From positions 30,132,001 to 30,196,000 of the forward strand of contig JAQFVV010000003.1 in assembly GCA_028023455.1 (NCBI GenBank): DNA of 64,000 bases, given 5' to 3'. Position numbers and translations under genes: made by a program. The DNA comes from Epiperipatus broadwayi (lineage: Eukaryota > Animalia > Onychophora). Within the stretch, counting starts at the first letter, position 1. Every line of letters begins with the position of its first letter. The notes below the pieces were generated by a model that did no database searches, was not told where the DNA came from, and worked only from the letters and a program-made list of their open reading frames with translations. Below are positions 52,486-64,000 of the stretch, piece after piece.

Positions 52486-53395
52486 ATATACCTCTCTAAC
52501 TGCTTTTGCTATTTTTTATGGGTTTTCTGGTGGTCATTTGCTTTGAGAATAAACTTTTAGCACAGAATTGCAAATTTTTTTTTTAGGTTATGTGCATTTA
52601 TGAGTCAATACTACTATATAATTAAATCTACTCATACATTATTAATCTGATTTTATTTGAACAATTTAACTTTTTCTTGACATATTAAAGATTCAAATTC
52701 ATGTCTAACCACAATACTAGTAATTGCATCTTTATTGTTAATCCATGACTTCTATTGTTTAATTAAAACAGAAGCAAATACTGTGTTGAACTGTAACAAA
52801 CACATCAGAATACATTTTTTTCTTTCACCACAGATATGCCATCTTCTGTAAGATGCAGCAAATAATAGATGCTAGATTATAGTGCTTAATAAATCCCTAT
52901 CTTATGGTGTTCTAGTCAATATAATTTATGGCTTTTATGAATAAGTAGTTTTTGATCTTGAAATAGTGCACCTGGCTCTTTAGAATCTAATATACTTTCC
53001 CTTTAACAGCCATCATTTATCTTATTATTTTACTATCAAACTCTCAGTGTGAATTGCAAAACATATACATATTTTCAAACTATCCAACTTACTTGTATAA
53101 TTATGTAGATTGAAACCAGTTCAGGATCTATATATTATGTCCTTAGATTTTAACAAATATATACACCCCTATCCCAGGCCAGTATAATATAAATATGGAC
53201 TGAATTGGTTTTAATTTACAAAACTATAAAAGAGAAGTTAGGTTAGGTTGAAAATATTTATATGTTTTGCAATTTGGATTGATAAGTTGATATAAAACAG
53301 CAAGGCAATAATGGCCTTGCTCGAAGGAAAGCCAATTAAATCATAAGGATCTAGGTACAGCTTCAAGATCCAAAACTCTTTACTTATAAAAGCCA

Positions 53396-53598
53396 TAAGA
53401 TTGAAACTATCTGAGGATATTGGAAAGAACACCATAGAATAGAAATACTAAAGCTTACAATAGGTGTGTCATAACTTGTGATAAAACAACAAAAACAGCA
53501 ATGCTGGAATAATGTGATAGTCATGTGATAGCCCTAAGATTGAAACTATCTGAGAATATTGAAAAGAACACCATAGCATAGTGATACTAAAGCATACA
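53396..53598. repeat. 64-bp imperfect direct repeat (53396-53459, 53535-53598)
   Basis: TAAGATTGAAACTATCTGAG..AAAGAACACCATAG..ATACTAAAGC.TACA occurs twice. Confidence 0.85.
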
Positions 53599-54509
53599 GT
53601 TTTTTGGCTTTTGTTTTTACTAACAAGGCTAAGGATTCAAAGATAAAAGTAATGCAGGTATGCATCTAGCAACTATTTTAAAATTCCATTATACTAGTCA
53701 AGTTAAAAAACTAATTTAATATTATTCTAATGTTTTTGAATTCAAGATAATCTGCTTAACAGTTATACAGATTTGACTATAGATCCATAACTATATATTT
53801 TATTAACTTAGATTGACATTGTTTCAAAATCTTTAGGAAATAATACTTTTGGGCTTTTAATCTAAGTAGTAAAATGAAGTTAAAGGTGATTGCTAGATAT
53901 ATTACTATATTACTTTTTTATTGCTATAGAGACCTTTATGAATAAAACTTAAATCATATATTTATATACTTATTCTGTCATCATTACAATATATAAATTC
54001 GAAATATTAATATTCATTAAAATACAATAAAATTAAATAAATTACTTAACAATATAAATATAGTTTAATATAACATGCGTGGGTAAATTAATAATACATA
54101 AATTTTTTGATTGTTTTTCATCAACATTCAATTTTTTATTTATTCATTTATACAGGTTAAATATAGATCAATATATATATATATATTTGCATTATATTAT
54201 ATACCTATATATATTGCTATATACTAAGTTATTTTTCTTTTTCTCTCCTCTTTAATATATCTTTAATTTGATTTTTTGTTTTTCTATAATTTTGCAAGCT
54301 TTTTAATTCAAAATGTAAATTATTGAATAATTTATGAACACTGTGATTTTTATTCTAGTTCCATATTTATTACAATATTTTAAAACTATATACGTATCCA
54401 TTTTTCTTAGACACATTTCAAACTGTTTTACATAAGCTTTGAATCTCAATTCTCATTGATAAAAACAAAATCCAATAGTAGTCTTTGGGATAGGGATTTA
54501 AGTGCGCTA

Positions 54510-55010
54510 CCATATCATAGAATTAAGCTTTGATGGAGTGCTTATACTAGAAATAATTTAATATCGAAAGAAAATATGGCTATATATATATAAAGGATGT
54601 TTATTAAATATGTTTTACTAGTTATTCATATGGATCTAAGATTTGGATGCTTATTAGAAAAATATTTTGATTTTAGACCAACAATAAAGTGTAAAATATA
54701 TGTTGGGAGTAATGAGAAAAAAATCAAAAATGAAATACATGGATGAAAAAAAACAAGTAATATTGATAAAATAAAATTGGGAATGTCATGGTATTAAAAA
54801 GATGAAAATCAATAGACAGCTAAAATCTTAAATGGGATTAGAAGAGATTATATAAAAAAATATAGAAAACGATCATATGTGAGAAGTATAGATAAGATGT
54901 TTGCTAGAATGATAGGAAGAAGAGAAGCTATACATCAAAGAAATTAAATTAAAATTGAAAACACCATTTTTAATGGATCAATTATGATTAGTAATTAATG
55001 ATGATTATAG
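54510..55010 (+). mobile_element. RTE 3' fragment, highly decayed
   Basis: Collinear with 40260-40785 (e.g. CATAGAATTAA, TATGGATCT..A.TTGGAT, AATAGA..ACAG.T.AAATCTTAAA). Confidence 0.65.
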
Positions 55011-55440
55011 TTTAAATATAGATGACAAAGCGACATAATAAAATTCTACCAAATAATATAATAAATCACATTGTTCTTAGAACATCTTGAAATCTTTTAG
55101 TTTGAAAATTTAGAACTCTGATAAATCTGTAACAATATATCTCACACGTATCTATTCCACTAATAATATGAATATAAATTTTCAGAGCTTAAGCTTATAT
55201 CCATAAATGAAATATTGCATTACATTGGAATATTTCTTATTTAGTCACAATGGAAAAATTAGACAAATTAACTAATACAAAATTTTCAAGATACTAGTGT
55301 TTTTATTATGACAAATTTACAGCATTATCTCTGATTCATGCTTAATACAATGTTAATCTATATTCAGACAAATATTGCAGTCATTTTTTGATGATTGAAT
55401 TATTTCATTTTTTATAAAACGGTATTACTTTATATTTTAC

Positions 55441-55500
55441 GATAAGCATCTTCAATATTTGAAAAAGTATTAGCGATTGAGACATTTTTATTTGCATGCT
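55441..55500 (-). CDS. Weak candidate 60-nt exon upstream of 44685-44899
   Basis: Acceptor CCCCTTTTAG|, frame EHANKNVSIANTFSNIEDAY, donor C|GTAAAA; phase 1-1. Confidence 0.25.
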
Positions 55501-57457
55501 CTAAAAGGGGTGACATTAGAAGCAAGTAATAGCAAGATATGATAAGGATAGAGTACATGATTTTATAAAATAAATATAAAGTTGTAATAATTAAATTTGT
55601 AAAGCTTATAGTCGTTACACAAAGTAATAATAAAATGATAAATGAAGTGAACTTTTTTTTCAATAATACAAATTAATAATTCTAAAGTTTATTGTAAACC
55701 AATTTGAAAAATAGTAATCCTTACTAATATATTTCTTGGTTTTTTGAATGATTATTGTTTTCCTATTTGATGACTAACTTTGATTATGAATTTTTAATTT
55801 AATATTAAGGAGGTTGAATATCATAAATTTAGTATGATTTTTTAAAGCTTATTTGGCAATAAAAAGGCTACTTTTAATGGCTGTGTGCATATAATTTTAG
55901 ACAGTCTTTTAAAGCTAATTCTTATGACTTCATCTAAAAAGTTTGTAGTTAATTCTAAAAAAGACTGAATTTCTTAATAAATTTGATTTTTCATAAAATA
56001 GTTGGATTTTTATATTAATAATAGAAGTCTGGATTTTTTTTTGCTAAAGTTGAAATATATTTGAGCTTTTTATGCCCTACAAAATAACCTTTTGATTTAT
56101 TATGATAGTTTTCTGTATATAACTTATCTATCGTCTTGTCTAATATCACTGTTCACTAAGTTTTAAATCATATTTGTGGAAACTGTTTTTAACTTAATGA
56201 ATAAATACATTGAACTTTCAATATCTGACTATTGTAAATTCAAAGTAAAATAAATAGCAAGACATTGCTCTCAACAATAATTTCTGCGATCTGGCATACT
56301 GACTATACATTACATTATGGCAGCATTAAACAATCATTTAAGAATTAAACTATTTAAACTAAAGTACTAAAGATAATAAACAACCCATGAATGGTTTTAT
56401 TATTTTTATAGACATATTAATGTTATTTATAAGAGGATTTGCCATTTCTTTTTTCTTTGCTTAGTTTAGTATGATGGTATATGAAGTCAAATACTAAAAG
56501 TTTATAGATCAATTCTCAGTAGGAAAACATAACGAATATCACACAACCGAATGAAATAATTGTTTTCAACCAGTTACTTTGGGCTCAACCATCACATACT
56601 TTCTAAAAAATTGAATGTGTTAATTTTTATCTAATACAGATAGCAGGAATAATTATATTAATAATTCAATATTTTTAAAACAGAGATTGTTTAAGTTATT
56701 ATTTTTACTATATTTTAAGTTGATTATATTAAAAATAATATCTAATAAAAACGGTTTCTAATATCTATAGATAAAGCACTTATTTTATTATCTTTTCTTA
56801 TTAGTGTGGTCAATTTGATATTCAAAATAGTTATATATATATAATTTTAATAAATGCTTTCTTTCAAAATTAGTTATCTTCACCTTATTCTAAAGTCATA
56901 TACTATACCAAAACAGCCTTCTCCATATTAGTTTCTGGATTTTAACTTCATCAGTAAAACTGGTATCTATTGATTACTCAACCTTACAATAGAAGACCCT
57001 AGAAATAAAGTGAAGATAAATGCTCTTGGAGGCATACAACTAAGCATGTAAAAAGTCATGTGACATTGACATAAATCTTTTCTTTATGGATTTGAATTAT
57101 ACCAGATATGTAAAAATATTGCCTAAGTGATAAATGATCAAATGTGCTAGATTTATTATCTATATAAAGCGGATACACCGAAGTGCATATATATATATAT
57201 ATTGAAGCAATTAGTTTCAGATGACAGTATATTAAGGAAAGAATAATTAAAAAAAGAAAGAAAACGATATAAATGTTAGATTATTTGTTTTTGTTTTTTG
57301 AGACGATTATTCTATATAATTTTGTTATACAGGTAAATAATAGGTGTTTAAAATAATCAAGTACCACTTTAGTTTGACTATGAATAGATAACCTGCTATA
57401 AAAAGAGAGTTTGTAAAATAAATGTAAACAAGTACACACAGTTTTATTACAAAAAAC

Positions 57458-60420
57458 CAGGATTTTTTTTGTCATGTAAAGCTGTGGAATGGTGTTCCGG
57501 CACCTTTATAAATGTATTTTTAAGATTTCAAACGTAATTAGATAAACCGTATTAAACATAATTAGATAAACCGTATAGCACGTACATAATTACAATCCAT
57601 ATCTATATAATTCGAACAAATAAAAAAATATATGGTATTTTATGAATCAGATGAAATATGAATGAATTCAAAATTGGCACTCTCATGTTAGACCCATCCA
57701 TGTCCCCATTGGTCACTCATGGTCAATAACTGATTACAGCCACGCATGTGCAGCCAGTAGCATCTGACGTTTGTGATTAAATGCACCTGGGTAGTGATTG
57801 ACAATATGTAGAATATTTAATTTCTTTATTTTTCTGTAAATTTGACTTAATTTTTTTATTTTTTAGTGTAAAAGTTTACCCCAAGTTTAAAAATAAAAAA
57901 CATTTCCCGTTACTTCTCGGACCCACTAATAAAAAGTCCAAAACAATGACAGAAAATATGGAAATATTGATGTAAATTGATGTTCCTAAATTATCTCAAG
58001 CGAATCTTGAAGTGCAGCTCAAAATGATTGGCTGGACTGTTGGTCATTGAATCAACATAAACAAAATGAAACTTGGTTGCACACCTTGCAGAAATGTTAG
58101 AATTCTTGAAACTGAAGTGAAGATGGGAAAGAAAATTTCCAATGAATGGGATAGCAATGAGATCATCTATTCTGGGAAAGATAGAAAGTTACAATTGAGC
58201 TCGAAAAAAAAAGTTCGATCACAAAGAATCTGCTGCATACAAAGCAGCATTAAAAATCATTTTTGAAGCCAAGATTGAAAACATTTTTTTAAAATCCATT
58301 ATCTTCAGAAAAAGTAATATCAGCAAAAAAATTTTCAAACTGCATAATAAAGTAGCAAACGAAAATCAATCATTTCTACTTCTAAAAGTGAAACTGATCT
58401 GCAAGAGCTGAATGGAATTGAAATGGGTCATACTCCATTCAACAAACCCATGCATTAACATTTGATTCATATAAGTGATACAATGGGGAAAAATGTATTT
58501 AAAGAAATTGTTCAATCGAAAAATATAATTTCATTGATAATTGATGAATCAATTACCTAAAACCTTCACTTATGAGTTTGTTCAATGCTGTATCGAGAGT
58601 GTTGAAATGAATTCACTGATTAATTTATTTTTAGACTTGATCAAACTTGAAAATGTAATGGCAAAATTGAATATATGAATCCTTATTCCAATGTCTTGAA
58701 TTTTGTGGGATGACAGATTATTTTAAAAAAATATTTAATTTCAGTAGCATGCCATGGTGCTGCTGTGATGTTAGGATGTAAAAATGGAGTGAAAGAAATG
58801 CTGCCACAAAAATTTCCTTCCATTATAGTTTGACATTGTACTAATCATAGATTAGAATTATCAGTAAGTGATGTTGTAAAGAAAATTTTAGGAATCATAG
58901 ATTCAAATCATTTATTGATAAACTTTGTTTTATACCATGCGACCCTGAAAAATAATAGACAATAACATAAATGCACAGAATCATTAGGTGTTGAGTTGCT
59001 AAAAATTGGAAGAGTTTTTAAGTCCTAAATGGATGGTATCTAGTTTTCATTCATTTTCAACTATTGAAATAATTTTGAATCTCTTGTGCATCATTTTGAA
59101 GAAACAATGAGTGATCCTACAAGAGATAAAAATGATGAATGTACTTACAATGGCTGAAAGAAAAAAATAACATCTACAGTTTTTTATTGAATTTAGGGTT
59201 GATGTGCAATAATCTCCAAGAATTATCAGAACTAAGTTTGGACCTACAAGATCGCAATGTGAACCTTTATATTGTAAATCGAAAAATAAATGCACTAGTT
59301 CAAGTTTTTGAAGAAAGAAAATAGAATTTTGGATTCTTTTATAAATATGCTGTAGCTACTGTACATGATCTGCATTTTTATGGAGTTTCACTTCACGCAA
59401 AAGTTTCAACAAATGATCCTCCTATTAACTCGAAAAATTTTATACCACATTAAAAGAGTCAGTTGAAAAAAGGATGCTAGATAGCAAAGATATTAAATTT
59501 GCACTTTTTTTTTTTCATATGTCATAGCATCGGCCGGGACGCGAACCCACAACCGTCTGCAACCAACTACTTGCTTGCATGGCTGCTGCGATACCTCTCG
59601 GCTAACAACGCAAGACAAATTTACACTTTGGGATCGCATATTTGACCAAAAACATTGGCCTGAAGATATTGATATTCAGTTGAGGGAAAGATGGAAATTA
59701 GAAATATGTCAATCAGACTACAACTAAATGAAAGAGAAATGATTTGTAGATTTTGCAAATACATTCTCGAAAAGACATATCCTGAAAAACTATTACATTT
59801 GATATATGCTCTGAATTTCTATTCTCATTTCTTCAAGTGAATGTGAGCGCAGGTTTCACAAATGAATCTAATTATTACTACAATAAGATCATTGAAGATC
59901 AAAACAGTTTCGTCACTTTTGTTCATCAAACTCGTTGGACCACCCATGACACTTTTCGATCCTTTAAAATACATTGATCTGTGTTACTCAGAGGACGTCA
60001 TTCAGCCATAGACACTAACATTAAGAAAATGAATCAAGACGATTTGTCAGACAAGAATTGGGTGAAACTTTGGAAATCACTATAAATTTTTATTCAATTA
60101 CATACAATTTTACAATTTCATTTTACATTTAGTTATCAGTTGTATATTTGTATTTGTTTATTTAACTTTAGATTTGACATGTTTGAATATCTATTGAGTA
60201 ACATTAAAATGTATATTAAATTAATACTAAAATTTATGTTTACTAAAACTATTGTGTAAAGCGTAAATAAATTAAAACATCAATTAATAATGAGAAAGAA
60301 GTAAAAAGGAAAATCTGATTATGTAAGAATTCAATTGTCAATAATTAATTAACAATTGAATTCTAGAAGGATCAAATGTTTTAAAAAACTTCAACAGCTA
60401 AGAAAATAAAAAAACCCCTT
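57458..60420 (+). mobile_element. hAT transposon, KIAA1586-like transposase, degenerate
   Basis: Left end CAGGATTTTTTTT..GCTGTGGAATGGTGTTCCGGCACC. Motifs KLGCTPCRNV, IDESI, ACHGAAVMLGCKNGV, HCTNHRLELSVSD, SSSECER. The right TIR (AAAAAAACCCCTT) is uncertain and no TSD was found. Confidence 0.8.
59508..59616 (-). mobile_element. Young tRNA-derived SINE inserted in the hAT transposase
   Basis: A-box TAGCCGAGAGG, B-box GGGTTCGCGTCCC, poly(A) tail. TSD AAATTTGCACTTT / AAATTTACACTTT (59495-59507, 59617-59629). CpG-rich. Confidence 0.8.
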
Positions 60421-60860
60421 CCATCCGGATAAAGATGAAACAGATAAATTACTCCAGAAAACAAAAGAGAAAGAACTATTCGAGCAGGGAAAAAAGAAAG
60501 CAATGTCTTTTACCCCCTTCTCGTGTGTTCGCGCACTAAGTGAAGCAGCAGAAGAAAACAGTAAGAATTTGTTTCCAGATCCAGGATCTCAGTTCCTGAA
60601 GATACTCAAGCCAATTAGGATTCAAACAAATCATCCCAATCTTATTATAATTTAAATGCGCCTCAAAGGCTCACAGAAGTAATGACCTTTGCCAGAAAAT
60701 TCGGTAAATAGTGACTTTAATAATACTTCTCGGAAAGAATCTAAGGACGTGCGGAGATTGGAATTGAATTTATATGTATTCATTATTGTAATCTATGTAT
60801 AGCGTATAAGTATATGTGTATATATACATATATTATTAGAATAATATTGTTCTGTTATTA
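60410..60860 (+). mobile_element. Possible 3' end of a LINE ORF2 plus UTR
   Basis: About 80 stop-free codons (PFHPDKDE...HPNLIII), then NAPQRLTEVMTFARKFGK* in a shifted frame. Family unclear. Confidence 0.3.
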
Positions 60861-61002
60861 AAATTAGTTTAAAATATTTAAATTATTACTTCATTAAATA
60901 TTATAAACTAATATATATATATGCGCTGTATGTACAGATAATGAAGCTAGAACGTATAAGCGAAATTTTAATTTACTAAAATATAAAATTATTAAATTAT
61001 AG

Positions 61003-61046
61003 AGCTTAGCGCTTTCAAGAGACTACTTGCTCTCATACCCATAGCT
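61003..61046 (-). ncRNA. Minimal hammerhead motif, A3:U8 variant
   Basis: AGCT-ATGGGTA-T-GAGAG-CAAGTAGT-CTCTT-GAAA-GCGC-TA-AGCT. Confidence 0.55.
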
Positions 61047-61361
61047 GTAGTTGTTGCAACTGCGTTGTAGAAATGGAAATGGAATTTATGCAGGTTGATG
61101 CAAGAAGGCAATTTCATCTTCTGTGAACACGAAAGAGCATCAGGCCATAAATTTGAACCCACCACTGCTAGCGTCATATGCTCCGAAAGACACGATGCTT
61201 GACGCAAGATTAAAGCGGCGTTTCACCTAGCTAGCGACCCCAAATCTATCAATAGAAGAGAAGCATGCTTTGCTCTGTCTCGGAAATGGCAATTATAACT
61301 CATTTGCACCAATCTGCATAAATTCCATTTCCATTTCTACAACGCAGTTACAAACAACTAC

Positions 61362-61404
61362 AGCTATGAATATGAGAGCAAGTAGTCTCTTGAAAGTGCT
61401 AAGT
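61362..61404 (+). ncRNA. Minimal hammerhead motif, A3:U8 variant
   Basis: AGCT-ATGAATA-T-GAGAG-CAAGTAGT-CTCTT-GAAA-GTGC-TA-AGTT. Confidence 0.6.
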
Positions 61405-62019
61405 TCTATAATTTAATAGTTTTATATCTTAGTAAATTAAAATTTCGCTTTATTTGTGCATACAGCGCATATATATGTATTAGTTTAAAATTAGTTTAGA
61501 AATTGATCAGCAGTGGGGTTATTTATTTTACCGAGAAAAGTAATATAATAATTTAGAAATCATATTGCTAGTCTTAAGATCAAGACATAGCACATATCTA
61601 AAATAATAATAAAAAAAAAGATAAACTTTGTTTAATTTTTTTATTTGTTTTATAGCATTGGAAAAGCTACTTTAAATTACATTTAAATGATATTTGAATA
61701 TAATTTTCTTTAGTAAAAAGCTTGACAAGAAGTATGTTCTGGCATCTTTTTTTTATTAAAAAAAAACTCTGCAAAAAAGTATACAAGTATATGGATATTA
61801 TTAATGATAAAAGAAACAACTTTAGAGTACGCTTTAAACCTTAAATAGCACATATCAGGTAAAAACGTTCCACATTCAAACCATTAAAAAGCTAATAAAA
61901 ACCATCAGAAACAAAGCAAAAAATATATATGGCATCAAAAATTCTAATATAAATTAATTAATATCAACTAACAAAAAAATAAATAAAATTTAATTGATAA
62001 CTTTTAAATTGGAAACCAA

Positions 62020-64000
62020 CTTCAACAAATTAACAACGCAAACGTGGAGGCTCAAAGATCACATGACCTAATTAACGGCGGGGGAGGAGAGCAGGGACGC
62101 CAATGAAAGCCATAAAAAAGGCAAAAAACAAAAACAAAAAACAAGCCAATATTTGCAGGCATGGTCAAAGGAAAATAAAAAATAAATTCATTTATCCTAA
62201 CAAAAAAACAAATCAATTTAATTCATGTATCAGCAAAGAGATTAAAAAAAAACAATGCAACCATCTCTCAAAAGATCAATTCCAGATATAGGAAGCCAAC
62301 CGATAGTGACATAAATAATTTAGAAATTGAAAAACAGGAAAGTCAAAATCCATTAGAAATTGTCTGATAATGAAGAAAAATTGAACATCACAACTGAATT
62401 ATTCAATAAATCCATACCAAAGCATTTCTTTGCAACATTCAAGAGATCTCCCCCAAGACCATGGTGTTGCCAGCAACAATCAGCAACATTTCATTACATA
62501 AATTCCCAAAAGAGTTGCTGTATGAGGCAATAACATTAAATGGATTCTGGGATACAATACAACAGATTGCAAAACATCCCAATGACCTGTACCTAATACT
62601 GGAATTTTATAAAATCACACAAAGGGAGAATTGTAACACAATTTCAGAATAAAACTGCATCCAGATACTGATCCAGATAATATACCAACACATTGCTCAC
62701 TCTATATATTAGAGATCTGAAAACACAGTGTTATTCATGTAAACAAAGGGGAAATGTTATTGCGCAATGTCCAAACTGCCAGAACTTAATCAAAAATCAA
62801 AACTCATACAAAAACAACAAAATTTCAATACTAATAAGCAAACCAAAGAAAAGATAGCCATTGCCAAGGATAGCAGTGAACAAACTACAAAAGAAATAAT
62901 AACAACAAAAAAAGCAGAGATACCAAGCTTAGACCTTATAGATTTGTTCACAGAAAAAACAAAACTCCAAACCAAGAAACATAACCAAAGAGAAAGTGAA
63001 AGCCAAGCAAATGTATATTTGACAGAATTTGACTGTGCAATGGATAAAATCACACAGCATACCATTACAAATAGAACAGCCATAGAAATTATGAAGACAC
63101 TCCTACTCCCAAACAACCCTAGTACAACAATGCAACTAACAAATCCAATCCAATTAGAAAGCAAGAGAAAGCCTGGGAGACCTACCAGAAAAAAGCCAGA
63201 AAAAAAAGTGAAGACAGATGATGATTTCACCAATCATTAAAGTACAATGGAAATAATCACAAATTTATTCTAAAACCAGTTAATAACCATGGAATCGCAA
63301 CCAAAGAAGCACAAAATAGACTAACACTCAATATAAAAACCAATCAGAAGAATGATACAAAAGCCAACAAAACAGATCAAACTAAATGAAAAAAACAAAT
63401 CAGTGAAAATATACAATGTAAAGCTCCAAAACAACCACAACAAAAATACAAACCAATCCCAGCAGTGCTGAATATCAGAGGCATTAATTCAATAGCAAAA
63501 ATACATCAGCTTAACAAATGGATTAGCATCATAAACAGCAAATATTAGGACTACTAGAAACTAAAATCTATAATGGATCACAAATTAATCCAGCCACATA
63601 TGCAATCAAGGTTTTTCCACATACTCCAGGGACACATTATTACCTTCAGCAGGCACAGCCATTCATAACCTCAAATTGCAGATTTTCAACCTTCAAAATT
63701 ATTTGCATTGATTCACATCTCCTAATCACTACATTCTAGCATCAAATACTACACTCAACATTATTTTTGTGTATGTTCCCTCAGGTCCCAGCATAGTAGC
63801 ACATACAATTCTCACAATAAACTCCCAGCTCACAACCAGCCACAACCCAACAATATTAATGGGTGATATCAACTTAAGCTATGAAAATTTTCAATATAAA
63901 ATGGTTACATCAATCAAATCTGCCACTCATGAGTGCTCAGGGTTTTGTTGTTACAGATTCAGTGACATTCTATAATCAATGGCATGCCACACTTATTGAT
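62020..64000 (+). mobile_element. 5' part of an L1/Tx1-like LINE (ORF1 with zinc knuckle, ORF2 APE start), runs off the window
   Basis: CYSCKQRGNVIAQCP knuckle (~62730-62775), basic ORF1 tail, APE motifs VLNIRGINS..LLETK (~63465-63565) and ILMGDIN (~63855). Confidence 0.75.

Larger units (their letters stand above)
60872..61490. mobile_element. Head-to-head Penelope-like 3'-end foldback (~190-200-bp arms)
   Basis: Arms 60901-61103 and 61304-61490. Spacer 61113-61298 reads FCEHERASGHKFEPTTASVICSERHDA*RKIKAAFHLASDPKSINRREACFALSRKWQL* (GIY-YIG C-terminus). Flanked by TAAAATTAGTTTA (60859-60871, 61486-61498). Confidence 0.85.

Noticed and set aside
62790-63233. Hydrophobic 147-aa minus-strand ORF
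   Set aside because: Antisense shadow of the A-rich LINE ORF1.

Overview
Very AT-rich, CpG-depleted eukaryotic DNA, probably from an invertebrate (the species cannot be assigned from the sequence). It is mostly decayed and nested transposons: RTE LINEs, a Penelope-like element (PLE) split by a hAT and a Gypsy remnant, three hAT elements, a Ty3/Gypsy provirus with a 2.57-kb non-coding TG..CA insert, a solo LTR, tRNA-derived SINEs and the 5' part of an L1/Tx1-like LINE. A few small exons suggest an unidentified minus-strand host gene with very large introns. The most unusual signal is six long inverted-repeat (foldback) insertions, at least two of them head-to-head PLE 3' ends by protein motif. 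Most carry minimal hammerhead ribozyme (HHR) motifs. Two independent insertions share a non-canonical core, AUGAAUA instead of CUGANGA, which swaps the tertiary C3:G8 pair for A3:U8. All calls come from manual reading; no database searches or folding programs were run.
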